Shown in pieces: positions 18,582 through 27,500 of a stretch of DNA of 64,000 nt. Location of the stretch: the sequence record PP418985.1. One strand, 5' to 3'. Both the position numbers and the translations under genes were made by a program. Each line of letters opens with the position of its first letter. Position 1 is the first letter of the stretch. Source of the stretch: Escherichia phage UPWr_E1. The notes under the pieces are model-generated. The model saw nothing but the letters and a program-made list of their open reading frames with translations, did no database searches and was not told the DNA's origin.

Positions 18582-18854
18582 ATGAACAACGAAAACAGCA
18601 AGGTGTTAGCAATTGCCGATAAAGTAGGCTATTGGAAATGCTGGGATGATATGGAGAAATTAGGCGGTCGCTATCTCGATAACTTAGAGTTGCATTATTG
18701 CCAAGCGCGTAATGCGGAAGTCGCGGGAGTAGCAATTGAAGATATTCCGTCTAAGATCTTCGGATTCTCGAAAGATGATACTTTAGAATATGTTTTCAAG
18801 GCTGTTATGGATCAAGCATGGGAAGACGCAGAGACACGCGCTCTTGATTGGTGA
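18582..18854 (+). CDS. Hypothetical small early protein
   Basis: Start moved to ATG after promoter 18522-18550 and SD AAGGAG. Confidence 0.45.
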   Translation: MNNENSKVLAIADKVGYWKCWDDMEKLGGRYLDNLELHYCQARNAEVAGVAIEDIPSKIFGFSKDDTLEYVFKAVMDQAWEDAETRALDW

Positions 18855-18858
18855 TAAT

Positions 18859-19032
18859 ATGAACTGGTATAAAATTTGGAAAAATCAGGTGGAGGCTTAT
18901 CTAGGGTATAAGCCCACCGACGAAGAATTACTTGAAGCAATGTACGAAGACGGCCTAAATCCGAAAGTAGCCGCGCAAGAATACGCGGAATGGGTGAAGG
19001 TCGAAGATAATTTAAAATTCCATAAAAATTAG
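18859..19032 (+). CDS. Hypothetical small protein
   Basis: Start moved to in-frame ATG (MNWYKIW). Confidence 0.35.
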   Translation: MNWYKIWKNQVEAYLGYKPTDEELLEAMYEDGLNPKVAAQEYAEWVKVEDNLKFHKN

Positions 19033-19033
19033 T

Positions 19034-19061
19034 TGACGCCAAAGGTCGTCGGTAGTAAGAT
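19034..19061 (+). promoter_or_regulatory. Sigma70-type early promoter with -10 inside a hairpin
   Basis: TTGACG-16-TAAGAT; GGTAGTA/TACTCCC. Confidence 0.5.
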
Positions 19062-19094
19062 ACTCCCATACCGAAACGAAAGAAGGAGAATCAC

Positions 19095-19307
19095 ATGAAA
19101 TCTATTGAGCAAGTAGTGACTGAATTTATGAGCTACGAAGGAAACCGCATCTTTGGACGTTCTCAAGTTCGCGAGATCGTAGAAGAAGTTGCGGGAGAGT
19201 TTGCGGAATCTGGTCACGTTATCACACAAGAACGTAAAGAAGAAGCAGTAAGCCAGATCATGGCTATTCAGAAAATGCGTATTAATGCACGAGCGGGTAA
19301 AAATTAA
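19095..19307 (+). CDS. Hypothetical small early protein
   Basis: Downstream of promoter 19034-19061, SD AAGGAG. Confidence 0.45.
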   Translation: MKSIEQVVTEFMSYEGNRIFGRSQVREIVEEVAGEFAESGHVITQERKEEAVSQIMAIQKMRINARAGKN

Positions 19308-19317
19308 AAAATAGTTG

Positions 19318-19346
19318 TTGACAGGGGATCGCCGATCCCCTACAAT
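19318..19346 (+). promoter_or_regulatory. Sigma70-type early promoter with palindromic double-GATC spacer
   Basis: TTGACA then GGGGATCGCCGATCCCC then TACAAT. Confidence 0.65.
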
Positions 19347-19377
19347 GAACTCATCAAGACAACGAAGGAGAATCAAA

Positions 19378-19533
19378 ATGAAACATACTCACAAATTAAT
19401 GGTTAAATTTGAAGGCGCTAAAGGATATGAACGTTATGGTGTATTCTTCTCTGAGGATGATGCGTGGGATGCTGGTCTGGCAACGTTCTCTGAGCACAAC
19501 AACATTGAAGACTTTACTGTAGAAGAAATTTAA
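19378..19533 (+). CDS. Hypothetical small early protein
   Basis: Start moved to ATG after promoter and SD; the track ORF begins inside the promoter palindrome. Confidence 0.4.
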   Translation: MKHTHKLMVKFEGAKGYERYGVFFSEDDAWDAGLATFSEHNNIEDFTVEEI

Positions 19534-19541
19534 AAAAGTAG

Positions 19542-19570
19542 TTGACACCGGATTAAGGGAGTAGTAAGAT
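19542..19570 (+). promoter_or_regulatory. Sigma70-type early promoter with -10 inside a hairpin
   Basis: TTGACA-17-TAAGAT; GGGAGTA/TACTCCC. Confidence 0.6.
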
Positions 19571-19604
19571 ACTCCCATCAAGACAAAACACTGAGGAATA
19601 TATT

Positions 19605-20372
19605 ATGAAAAACCTGATCGCTGCTATCATTCTTTCTGCTACTGCTTTCGGTGCTAATGCTGCGTCCTTCGATTGCGCTAAAGCTACTACCAAATCAGAG
19701 AAGTTTATTTGCGCGAATGAGTCTATCTCCGAACTGGATTCTAAACTTCATGAAGTATATGTTAAAGCTGTTAAGATTGATCCGTCTCTGAAACAAGAGC
19801 AACGCAACTGGAATAAAACTGTTCGTGATACAATGATCAATATCGGGCAGATTCAGCCACTGGAGGCTGTATATAACGCTCAAATTCAAAACTTGATGAA
19901 TGTATTGCCTAAAGAAGAAACCTCGTCAGAAAGAGAATCAGAGGCTTCTGTGAAGGTTGAAGAACAACAACCGAAACAGGAAGAAAAAGTTGTAGTTCAA
20001 CCGAAGAAAGAAAAGAAACCACAAACCAGCGAGTTTACCTTGCAATGTGAATCTCACTTTAAATGGAAAAATATCGACGGAGCAAACACTAAGCCGAAAG
20101 CACAGCCATTTTATAAAGAGTACAATCCAGGTGAATTGACTCTGAAAGTAAAAGATGGTCAGATTATCCATTTTACATACATCGACAATAATGATGTGCA
20201 TAAGGCAAACACAAAACGAGTAGTTGATGACAACGGAATGATCGTTTTTAGCGGCTGGAAAGAAAATAAAAAGTATTATGTGTGGCGTGAACAGGATAGC
20301 GATATCATTCGCTTAGAAGTCCGCGAACAAGGATACTCTAAAATCTATGTTGACCAGTACGGGTGCAGATAA
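19605..20372 (+). CDS. Secreted protein with DUF1311/LprI-like (lysozyme-inhibitor-like) N-terminal domain
   Basis: Signal peptide MKNLIAAIILSATAFGANA; C..A.T..E..IC...D..L...Y ... Q.NW...RD pattern of DUF1311; Lys/Glu-rich linker. Confidence 0.5.
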   Translation: MKNLIAAIILSATAFGANAASFDCAKATTKSEKFICANESISELDSKLHEVYVKAVKIDPSLKQEQRNWNKTVRDTMINIGQIQPLEAVYNAQIQNLMNVLPKEETSSERESEASVKVEEQQPKQEEKVVVQPKKEKKPQTSEFTLQCESHFKWKNIDGANTKPKAQPFYKEYNPGELTLKVKDGQIIHFTYIDNNDVHKANTKRVVDDNGMIVFSGWKENKKYYVWREQDSDIIRLEVREQGYSKIYVDQYGCR

Positions 20373-20662
20373 TTATGAAATTCAACAGCATGAAGATTAC
20401 AAAAGATTGGTGGAAGGCGATGCAAGATACTCCAGAAACCAAATTAAGCGAGACAACAACCACAATACAAGTTGATTACGAAGATCCTAAAGACATATAC
20501 AGAGAGATTTTAATCAGAGAGCTTATAAAAGCTGGAAACTATCAAACACCAGATGGCCTTATTGACATGATGGTTAAAGGTCTGTATAGTGGTAAAAATC
20601 CAGATGTTTTACCGTGGTACGAGGGATATTTTAAAACATATCGTGACCACAACCGAAAATAA
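20363..20662 (+). CDS. Hypothetical protein
   Basis: 99-aa ORF. Confidence 0.4.
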   Translation: MQIIMKFNSMKITKDWWKAMQDTPETKLSETTTTIQVDYEDPKDIYREILIRELIKAGNYQTPDGLIDMMVKGLYSGKNPDVLPWYEGYFKTYRDHNRK

Positions 20663-20685
20663 GTTGTTGACGTGAGGATTATATT

Positions 20686-20877
20686 ATGGTAATTTTTAAT
20701 CGTGATGGTATTATAGTTCGACAGCATCCATTCCTTGAATACTATCAGGTTGAACAATGGGGATATGGGGATTGCTCGCGCTCATACGGTCAAAGCTGGG
20801 GATACCGTACAGTTTTTGAATCAACTAATATTGACAAAGTACGACAGAAAGTTTTAGAAATTCTTAACGATAAGTGA
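20686..20877 (+). CDS. Hypothetical protein
   Basis: 63-aa ORF with SD GAGGATT. Confidence 0.4.
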   Translation: MVIFNRDGIIVRQHPFLEYYQVEQWGYGDCSRSYGQSWGYRTVFESTNIDKVRQKVLEILNDK

Positions 20878-20887
20878 GGATTACATC

Positions 20888-21256
20888 ATGGAAATTCAAA
20901 ACAATTACGAAAAATGTGTTATTATCAATGATCTGCAACGTCAATTGCACCACTACGAAACCGATTATAAAACAGCAACCAAAACTGGAAAGCTGAAAGT
21001 GTGGGAAGTCTGGTATAACCGGAACTATCTGGGGAGCATCCACAAACTTGATCGCAGTGATGTTTATACAATGCATGTAGGCGCTTGTGGTGAATCGGAT
21101 GTAGCATTTAATTTCATGGAAGCACTTGCATTCTATGTAGAATATCTGGTAGACTATATCGAGTTGGAAGAGGAAGTGGTAGAATTGCTTCCTCCACCGG
21201 AAGAAGCGCCGGAAGCAACGATCCTGAAAGCATTAAAGAAAATCTTTGTTAAGTGA
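20888..21256 (+). CDS. Hypothetical protein
   Basis: 122-aa ORF with SD GAGGATT. Confidence 0.45.
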   Translation: MEIQNNYEKCVIINDLQRQLHHYETDYKTATKTGKLKVWEVWYNRNYLGSIHKLDRSDVYTMHVGACGESDVAFNFMEALAFYVEYLVDYIELEEEVVELLPPPEEAPEATILKALKKIFVK

Positions 21257-21264
21257 GGTGAACT

Positions 21265-21597
21265 ATGAAAAACGTACTGATTGTGTGGGAACTGATTCCA
21301 GAAACTACTGAATTATACATGGTACAGGTTGACAATAAAGAATTTGAAATTCTGAAACACGTCAACTGCAAATATATTAACATTGATGACATGACCCCAG
21401 AAATGGACTATGTAAACTATGCTCTCATGCAGCCTAGCTGGATTAGTGATGAAACTAAAGCAGACGCCGAATCGCTGGGTGTACCGGAAGAAGTATTAGC
21501 GAAATGGCATCAATTCAAAGTTGAAATAAAAGAGGGTGAACCGTTTATTCCTAGCGGTATGATCGATGCGGTGATTGTAACAGGTTTTCATATGTAA
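21265..21597 (+). CDS. Hypothetical protein
   Basis: 110-aa ORF. Confidence 0.45.
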   Translation: MKNVLIVWELIPETTELYMVQVDNKEFEILKHVNCKYINIDDMTPEMDYVNYALMQPSWISDETKADAESLGVPEEVLAKWHQFKVEIKEGEPFIPSGMIDAVIVTGFHM

Positions 21598-21609
21598 GGA
21601 CATTATACA

Positions 21610-21942
21610 ATGTTTAACTATGACAAATATGAATCATGGAAAGCGACCGAATTGAAAGAGGCAGCGCGGTTAATCACACCGCGTCTTTATCCGGTGTTGT
21701 TTAGCGCCGATAAAGTAACAAGGGAAGTAAACGAGGCGCTATCGGTTTTAGGTTATCTGATCGATAAAGTAGAGAAAACATCGGTATTCACAAATAGCGT
21801 AGAATATACCCGGTATAGAGTGTTTTTAGATTCCTTGCTCGTTGTTATTAAAGCACTAAATGATCATAACTACACCATGAACATGACGAAAATAATCGAC
21901 GAAGCAAGAATTATGACAGAGAATATTTTCGGTAAATTTTGA
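21610..21942 (+). CDS. Hypothetical protein (paralog of 22051-22380)
   Basis: C-terminal IDEARIMTENIFGKF matches VKDARKLAENVYGKF of the next gene. Confidence 0.45.
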   Translation: MFNYDKYESWKATELKEAARLITPRLYPVLFSADKVTREVNEALSVLGYLIDKVEKTSVFTNSVEYTRYRVFLDSLLVVIKALNDHNYTMNMTKIIDEARIMTENIFGKF

Positions 21943-22050
21943 TTATGAAAGATGATGAATCATTGAAAATTGCACTGGTTATGCTATTACAATGTATAGA
22001 ATTAGCAAACCACGAAAAAATGTTGATACAGCAGCGTGAAACTATGAGAG

Positions 22051-22380
22051 GTGATTATGATCGAGTTTGAAATTGACAACTTTCACGAAAAAGCAGAAGA
22101 CCTAACCAAAATTTTGATTAGTCGAGGTGCATATAATACGAAAGATATTATAAAAGAAGTTAATGTAGCGATGGACGCGATCCGAAAGGAATTTAAACAT
22201 ATTTCAGCGATTGGAGAAAATGGTCATCTTGAAGATGTTGAGCTGGTAGCACTGCGACGCTATTACTTCTTTGTTGATTGCATCATTGATCTAGCTAAAA
22301 ATTATAGCCATTACATGAAAGATATTGTAAAAGATGCACGTAAGCTGGCAGAGAATGTTTACGGGAAGTTTCCAGAATGA
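22051..22380 (+). CDS. Hypothetical protein (paralog of 21610-21942)
   Basis: Shared C-terminal motif. Confidence 0.45.
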   Translation: MIMIEFEIDNFHEKAEDLTKILISRGAYNTKDIIKEVNVAMDAIRKEFKHISAIGENGHLEDVELVALRRYYFFVDCIIDLAKNYSHYMKDIVKDARKLAENVYGKFPE

Positions 22381-22625
22381 AATTAGAACAAGCGATTGTA
22401 TACTTTGAGATGGGCTATGATATTGCTCGTGTAGAGTGGGAAGATGGTGATTTTGTCCGATTGATTGATCTTCCAGAAACAGCTATTGCACTGGTCAAAG
22501 TAGAAAACGGCATACAACGAAATTATGCGTTCTCTGACGAAGACAAACAAGCCGATGACTGGTACGCTACCTGTTTTCATCATACAGCGTCAAAATGTGA
22601 TTCAGGGGCTTCTATGCGCCAATAA
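22377..22625 (+). CDS. Hypothetical protein
   Basis: 82-aa ORF followed by bidirectional terminator. Confidence 0.4.
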   Translation: MKLEQAIVYFEMGYDIARVEWEDGDFVRLIDLPETAIALVKVENGIQRNYAFSDEDKQADDWYATCFHHTASKCDSGASMRQ

Positions 22626-22632
22626 AAAAGAA

Positions 22633-22657
22633 GGGGAGGCCGAAAGGCTTCCCCTTT
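22633..22657. terminator. Bidirectional terminator between convergent early genes and holin
   Basis: AGGGGAGGC-CGAAAG-GCTTCCCCT with A-run before and T-run after. Confidence 0.65.
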
Positions 22658-22660
22658 AAG

Positions 22661-23317
22661 TTATCTAATCCTTCCGAGGATTCTGGCAGATTGATTGCAA
22701 AGAGTATCTAAATTCTCAATGTCAATATCTGGTTTATTCTTCCATGCAATGGCGATACTACCAGAATAGACATTATCGAGATTGAATATAGGACAAGAAT
22801 ACATGAATCCTATATCGATATTCTCTAATTTTTTCTCCCTCGACGGAATATACTGGAAATCTTTATCGGTAAAATAGGATTTACCTAAAAGATGCCTACG
22901 ATATTCTTCGCTCGTTTTATTGATAGGGAAGCCGCCTAAATTCTTTTCATCAATTGTATGTGGCAATTTTCCTTCGTATGCCACCAAATCAACGAAATAG
23001 TTTAGGTTTTTTGGACGAAAGCTAAAAACAGCAGAAAAATCGGCATCTGCCGACACATGAACTATCTGTAACTGCTCCTGTGCTGCATTATCAAAATTGC
23101 GGTCTTTTTCTACCTGGAGAACGTGAGCATAAGTCTCATAACGAGTTTCTTTATAAAGCGCAAACAACTCGTTTTTGCTATAAACGACAAATGCTAATAT
23201 AGACAACACAACGGCAGCAAAAACACGAAGTACGAGCAACTCCGTGCTTTTAGTTGTGAAAATAGCGCGCAGGACATTTGAGATAGCAAAGTCTTTCTCT
23301 TTTTCAGAAACTTGCAT
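22661..23317 (-). CDS. t: Holin (T4 gpt-type)
   Basis: 218 aa, same length as T4 holin T; single N-terminal TMD; blocks EQLQIVH, ADFSAVFSFRPKNLNYFVD, AYEGKLP, MYSCPIFNLDN, ARILGR. Confidence 0.85.
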   Translation of the reverse strand: MQVSEKEKDFAISNVLRAIFTTKSTELLVLRVFAAVVLSILAFVVYSKNELFALYKETRYETYAHVLQVEKDRNFDNAAQEQLQIVHVSADADFSAVFSFRPKNLNYFVDLVAYEGKLPHTIDEKNLGGFPINKTSEEYRRHLLGKSYFTDKDFQYIPSREKKLENIDIGFMYSCPIFNLDNVYSGSIAIAWKNKPDIDIENLDTLCNQSARILGRIR

Positions 23318-23351
23318 ATAATGCCCTAAAAATAACTATGACAGTGTACCA

Positions 23352-23591
23352 TTATTTAGGTACTTGACTATCACCCGTTTTATTCTGCTCGTTGCTATCT
23401 TCCGTCTGTTCTTTATTAAACTCCTTATAAAGTTCTTCCACAAAACGGTCATCAATTGGCGTATTGGTATATGCCGCAAGACGACGAGCGCAATAGAAGA
23501 AAATTTTAGTGAGCATCTTTTCACTAATTAACTTTGATAATAATTTCATTCCGAAACTAGACAAAGCACCAATGACGATATTATAGACCAT
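23352..23591 (-). CDS. Hypothetical small protein
   Basis: 79 aa, hydrophobic/amphipathic N-terminus, acidic C-terminus; between the paralog triplet and holin. Confidence 0.35.
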   Translation of the reverse strand: MVYNIVIGALSSFGMKLLSKLISEKMLTKIFFYCARRLAAYTNTPIDDRFVEELYKEFNKEQTEDSNEQNKTGDSQVPK

Positions 23592-23642
23592 AGCCGTTTC
23601 TCCTTAGTAGTTCCCTTCCGTGGGAGCTTTCCTTAATTCTTT

Positions 23643-23945
23643 TTAGCGGTTGCTCAAACGTCTATAGCGAAGATGGGAAATACCCCTGTTTGTAGTTACC
23701 GTGATCGTTACTCCCTGCGGCACAATACAAGAATGGATCTGTCCCCAATCATGACCCTTATGACTCCCAGACACACAAAAGCCATGCAAAAGCAATTCAG
23801 AGTCACCGCCACCACCACCAGAAGAATGAGCACCAAATGAAACCGTACCGAAAGCGTCTGGTGTCCATCCATTAGGGATATCAAACCAACCCTGATTCGC
23901 TTTACCAGCTTTATTACCTAAAACACCATCTACCCACCATCCCAT
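23643..23945 (-). CDS. Gly/His-rich small protein, paralog 3 of tandem triplet
   Basis: 100 aa; shares GWFxIPNGW, Gly-rich centre and C-terminal aromatic/basic tail with the next two ORFs. Confidence 0.55.
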   Translation of the reverse strand: MGWWVDGVLGNKAGKANQGWFDIPNGWTPDAFGTVSFGAHSSGGGGGDSELLLHGFCVSGSHKGHDWGQIHSCIVPQGVTITVTTNRGISHLRYRRLSNR

Positions 23946-24244
23946 TAATGCATTCTCCTAAATTGGAAGTGGTTTAAACTTCCTTTGCCAATACTAAAGC
24001 TGACAGTAGCGCCAGCACCAACTAAAGAACTAGCTCCCCAACTTCCTGCACTACCGGCGTGATGACCAGATTCAAGAGTACCGTTTACATATAGCTCTGC
24101 ATCTAGGTCATTACCAGCGGCTTCGGCATGAACAGATACAATACCGCATGAATCTGCCACCCAACCATTAGGAATACCAAACCATCCACCATTAGCATAA
24201 ATGCTAATAGCATTTGCCATTCTTCCAGCAATCCACCCAGCCAT
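23945..24244 (-). CDS. Gly/His-rich small protein, paralog 2 of tandem triplet
   Basis: 99 aa; ANGGWFGIPNGWVADSCGIVS; start overlaps upstream stop. Confidence 0.55.
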   Translation of the reverse strand: MAGWIAGRMANAISIYANGGWFGIPNGWVADSCGIVSVHAEAAGNDLDAELYVNGTLESGHHAGSAGSWGASSLVGAGATVSFSIGKGSLNHFQFRRMH

Positions 24245-24246
24245 AA

Positions 24247-24543
24247 TTAAAACTCCATAAATTTAAAGTATTCAATCCCACCGACACCACCATGACCAAA
24301 TGTAACAGTACATCCAGCAGGAACAAACGCATTAACGGTAAATCCCCAATCCCCGCCACCACGACGACGAGCGGCAACTACACCATCAACGGAAATATGC
24401 ATATCACCCCAACCATCATTAGCATTATGCCGCAAAACAGCAACCCCTGCACGACTGGGTACATATCCATTTGGAATATCAAAAACATGCCATTTTAAAG
24501 CATCAATTTTAGTATTAATTTCACTACCGACCCAATATCCCAT
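24247..24543 (-). CDS. Gly/His-rich small protein, paralog 1 of tandem triplet
   Basis: 98 aa; WHVFDIPNGYVPSRAGVAV; immediately downstream of gene 37. Confidence 0.55.
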   Translation of the reverse strand: MGYWVGSEINTKIDALKWHVFDIPNGYVPSRAGVAVLRHNANDGWGDMHISVDGVVAARRRGGGDWGFTVNAFVPAGCTVTFGHGGVGGIEYFKFMEF

Positions 24544-24581
24544 TTAAGATCCTTAGCGGGGAGAAATCCCCGCTATTTTAA

Positions 24582-27500
24582 TTAACCAAATAATTTAGCC
24601 TCAATTGCAGCAAGACGTTCACGAAGAATTTTATTTTCTTCTTTAAGAAGTGCAATTTCTTCTGTGTGTTCGTTGATTGCAGCAGTAATTAAACCAATAA
24701 CACCGTTATAGTTCAAACGAAGAAGGTTTTCACCAACCGGATCGCCTTCAACTAGTTCCGGTAAAATGGCTTGAACTTCTTGAGCAATCAAACCAGCATT
24801 AGGCTCCCATCGTTCGCTACCGTCTTCATTTACTCCGCGTTTTTGAAGATACATATAACCGTTAATTTTTGAAAGTGTCTGTGATGCATTTTCAAATTTA
24901 ACTAAATCCTTCTTCACGCGAATATCAGAACGGATATAAATGTCACGAACATATGTCGAATAGTTGTCATTCGCCTGAATCAAATGACCATGAGAAATAA
25001 TAGCTTTGTCAACTTCGGTCCATAAAGCAGCACCAACACTCCATAATCCAGGATGTTCTTGATGGAAGATACCCCATGAGGCAATATGTTGTCCGTTTGC
25101 CATCAGGTTAATACGTCCATCACCACCATGCGCTAAACCAGTGTCATTATCACCAATAGCAATTGATGCGCCTCCCCAAACCGGAACCGTACCAACACCA
25201 ATTCTAGGAGTTTGAATCAAAGGGCAATAAAACTGTCCGTTAGCATGAAACTCAAACACACCTTGTGGATGGTTAGCCCCTGGTGTAGCTTCCGCAGATC
25301 CAACACGAATAACAGCTTGTCCCCATGTTCCGGGAGTACGACGTAAGCCAAAGTCAGCCTTAGTAGAATATCCTTGACCTGTGATCTGGCTATGTCCTTT
25401 AATAAGTGGATAATAGCTATCTTGTCCAACACTACCCTGATCAATAAAGATAGGTGCTTCTTCGCGCCACTGTCCGTCCCATGAACCGGAATGATTAGCA
25501 ACCCACTGTGTAGCGTTTATATAGATGCGGTCTTTGCTAATACTAACATTATTAAAATTTTGTGGCGCAAGTGCTATCTCGCCATTATTCGTGATGTGTA
25601 TACCAGCCTGAGTTGCATAGCTATAAAATGCTAGCGAATTATCCGCACCACCTTTACCAATATACCAGTTATTATTTCCGCCTATATCACCGCGAATATG
25701 CAAAGAATTGCTAGCGGTAGTCGATAGTACAATCGCATCACCCGGACGTTTAATGGTTAGTCGACCGTCGGATTCAACTTCACCAAAGAACTTAGTTTTA
25801 ATTGCACCCGTCGCTAAAGTACGTTCAGTGGAAAAATGAGCGCCTTTGCTATCTTCTAACTGAATAATGTTATCACGAGCATTATTGCTATCACCCCAAT
25901 GATTAAACCGGAAATAATCGCGTGATTGCTTACCACCCGCTTCAAACGTCAGCGTACCTTTACTTAAATTAACATCACCACCAAAGGTAGCAGCAAGCGA
26001 ACTACTTTTTAATCTTAAAATATCAGCACCGCTAGTTCCACCTAAAGTAACATCACCAGTTTTGAATTGATAACGGAAAGGTCTATTTGTGTTAAAGTTT
26101 CCATCTTGATCATTTTCGTCGGTGGAAAGAATATAAAGACTTTCACCATCATTACGGAAAATTGTACCAAAATTACCGCCATACATTTTAAATGCATTGG
26201 ATGAACGGAATTTAACTTCTGTGTTAAAAGTTGTAGTTGATTTAAACGTTGTTGAACTACCGAAGTTAACAACACCATTAAAATCTTGTTGTGCTGTCCA
26301 TGTGTGGCGACCATCTTCCACAACAATACGGCGAACGGTATTAGTTCTATTTCCCGGATTACCAGCTACACGAACGACAAAATAACGGTAGTTAGCTTGT
26401 GACACAGTACCACGCCAAACCTGAACGGTGCGACCTGTTCCGGTATGCTCACTAGGTCCAACGGATAACATAATTAAGTTACCGTCAATCGTTCCCCAAT
26501 CCATATTTGCTGGCATGTTCTTGACTTTATTCAGCGGTACGCTATACATCCCGCCAGGAACAAAATCAAATGTTTGCCAGTCTAGCTCTGTTAATTGAGC
26601 TTTAACACCACCCATACCCAAAGTAATTGGCAGAGAATAAGATGTATATACTTCGTTCCATGTACCCCAAACGCCATTAGTATATGCGCGCTCAAAAATA
26701 CGTCCGCGAGTAGTTGCACCTGTTCCGGCAGTAGTAAATTTTTGGAAAATAGCACCACCAGAAGCACGCTGTTTAACTTCCAGCAAACCAACAATAACAG
26801 GCGGCAAACCTTCACCTGTAGGGCAGTTAATAACGGCATCAGTGCCTAAAATATTATATAAACCTGGAGTTTTAAAATCATTCAGGTTTCCGTCATAGAA
26901 AGTCGCTGGTGTGACATTACCTACTTGTTGCCACGGTCCCCATTTAGGCGCAGAAGCATCCCACGCAGCAGCAAGACAACGAGTATAAACAACACCAAAT
27001 CTGGTCGTATATCTCTGTGTGCGAGAATATTTTCCACCTTCATATACTTCTAAAAGTCCTTGAGCGGACGATCCTTCTTCTGGGAAATTTCTGTCAAAGG
27101 TAGCAATGGTATTTGAACTATTCCGCCACAAACCAAAATGTTCCGCGCCACCTAGATCATTAAGATCAATTGTGGTTGACAATGGACGAGTACCGGATTG
27201 AATATTTCTCCACACACCCCACGGACCATCAACACCATTCCATTTAGCAGACAAAGAACGAATATAAACATTTCCGTATCTAGTTGTATATCTCTGAGTT
27301 CCAGCAAATTGCCCAGCCGTAAACACTTCCAATACACCAACAGCATTTTCTTCTGGGAATTTATTTGCAGGTTGCGCATTTGTTGAAGTAGATTTAGACC
27401 AAATGCCAGTAAATTTACCAGTCGGTCCATAATTATCTAAATTTGCATCAGTTGGCAATTCGCCGCGAAAGTGTCCCAAAGTAATTACATTATTGCTGTC

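Noticed and set aside
19315-19533. ORF-track start MLTGDRRSP... for this ORF (and the same N-terminus for 54376-54621)
   Set aside because: The first 21 codons are a translation of the palindromic promoter spacer GGGGATCGCCGATCCCC; the real start is the ATG after the SD at 19378 (and 54442)
20667-20690. TTGACG box upstream of ORF 20686 as another early promoter
   Set aside because: The -35-like hexamer is only 13 bp from the start codon, leaving no room for a spacer, -10 and leader
23336-23524. Alternative minus-strand 62-aa ORF overlapping the 79-aa ORF upstream of the holin
   Set aside because: It overlaps 23352-23591 in another frame; the longer ORF with the hydrophobic N-terminus was preferred, though neither is strongly supported
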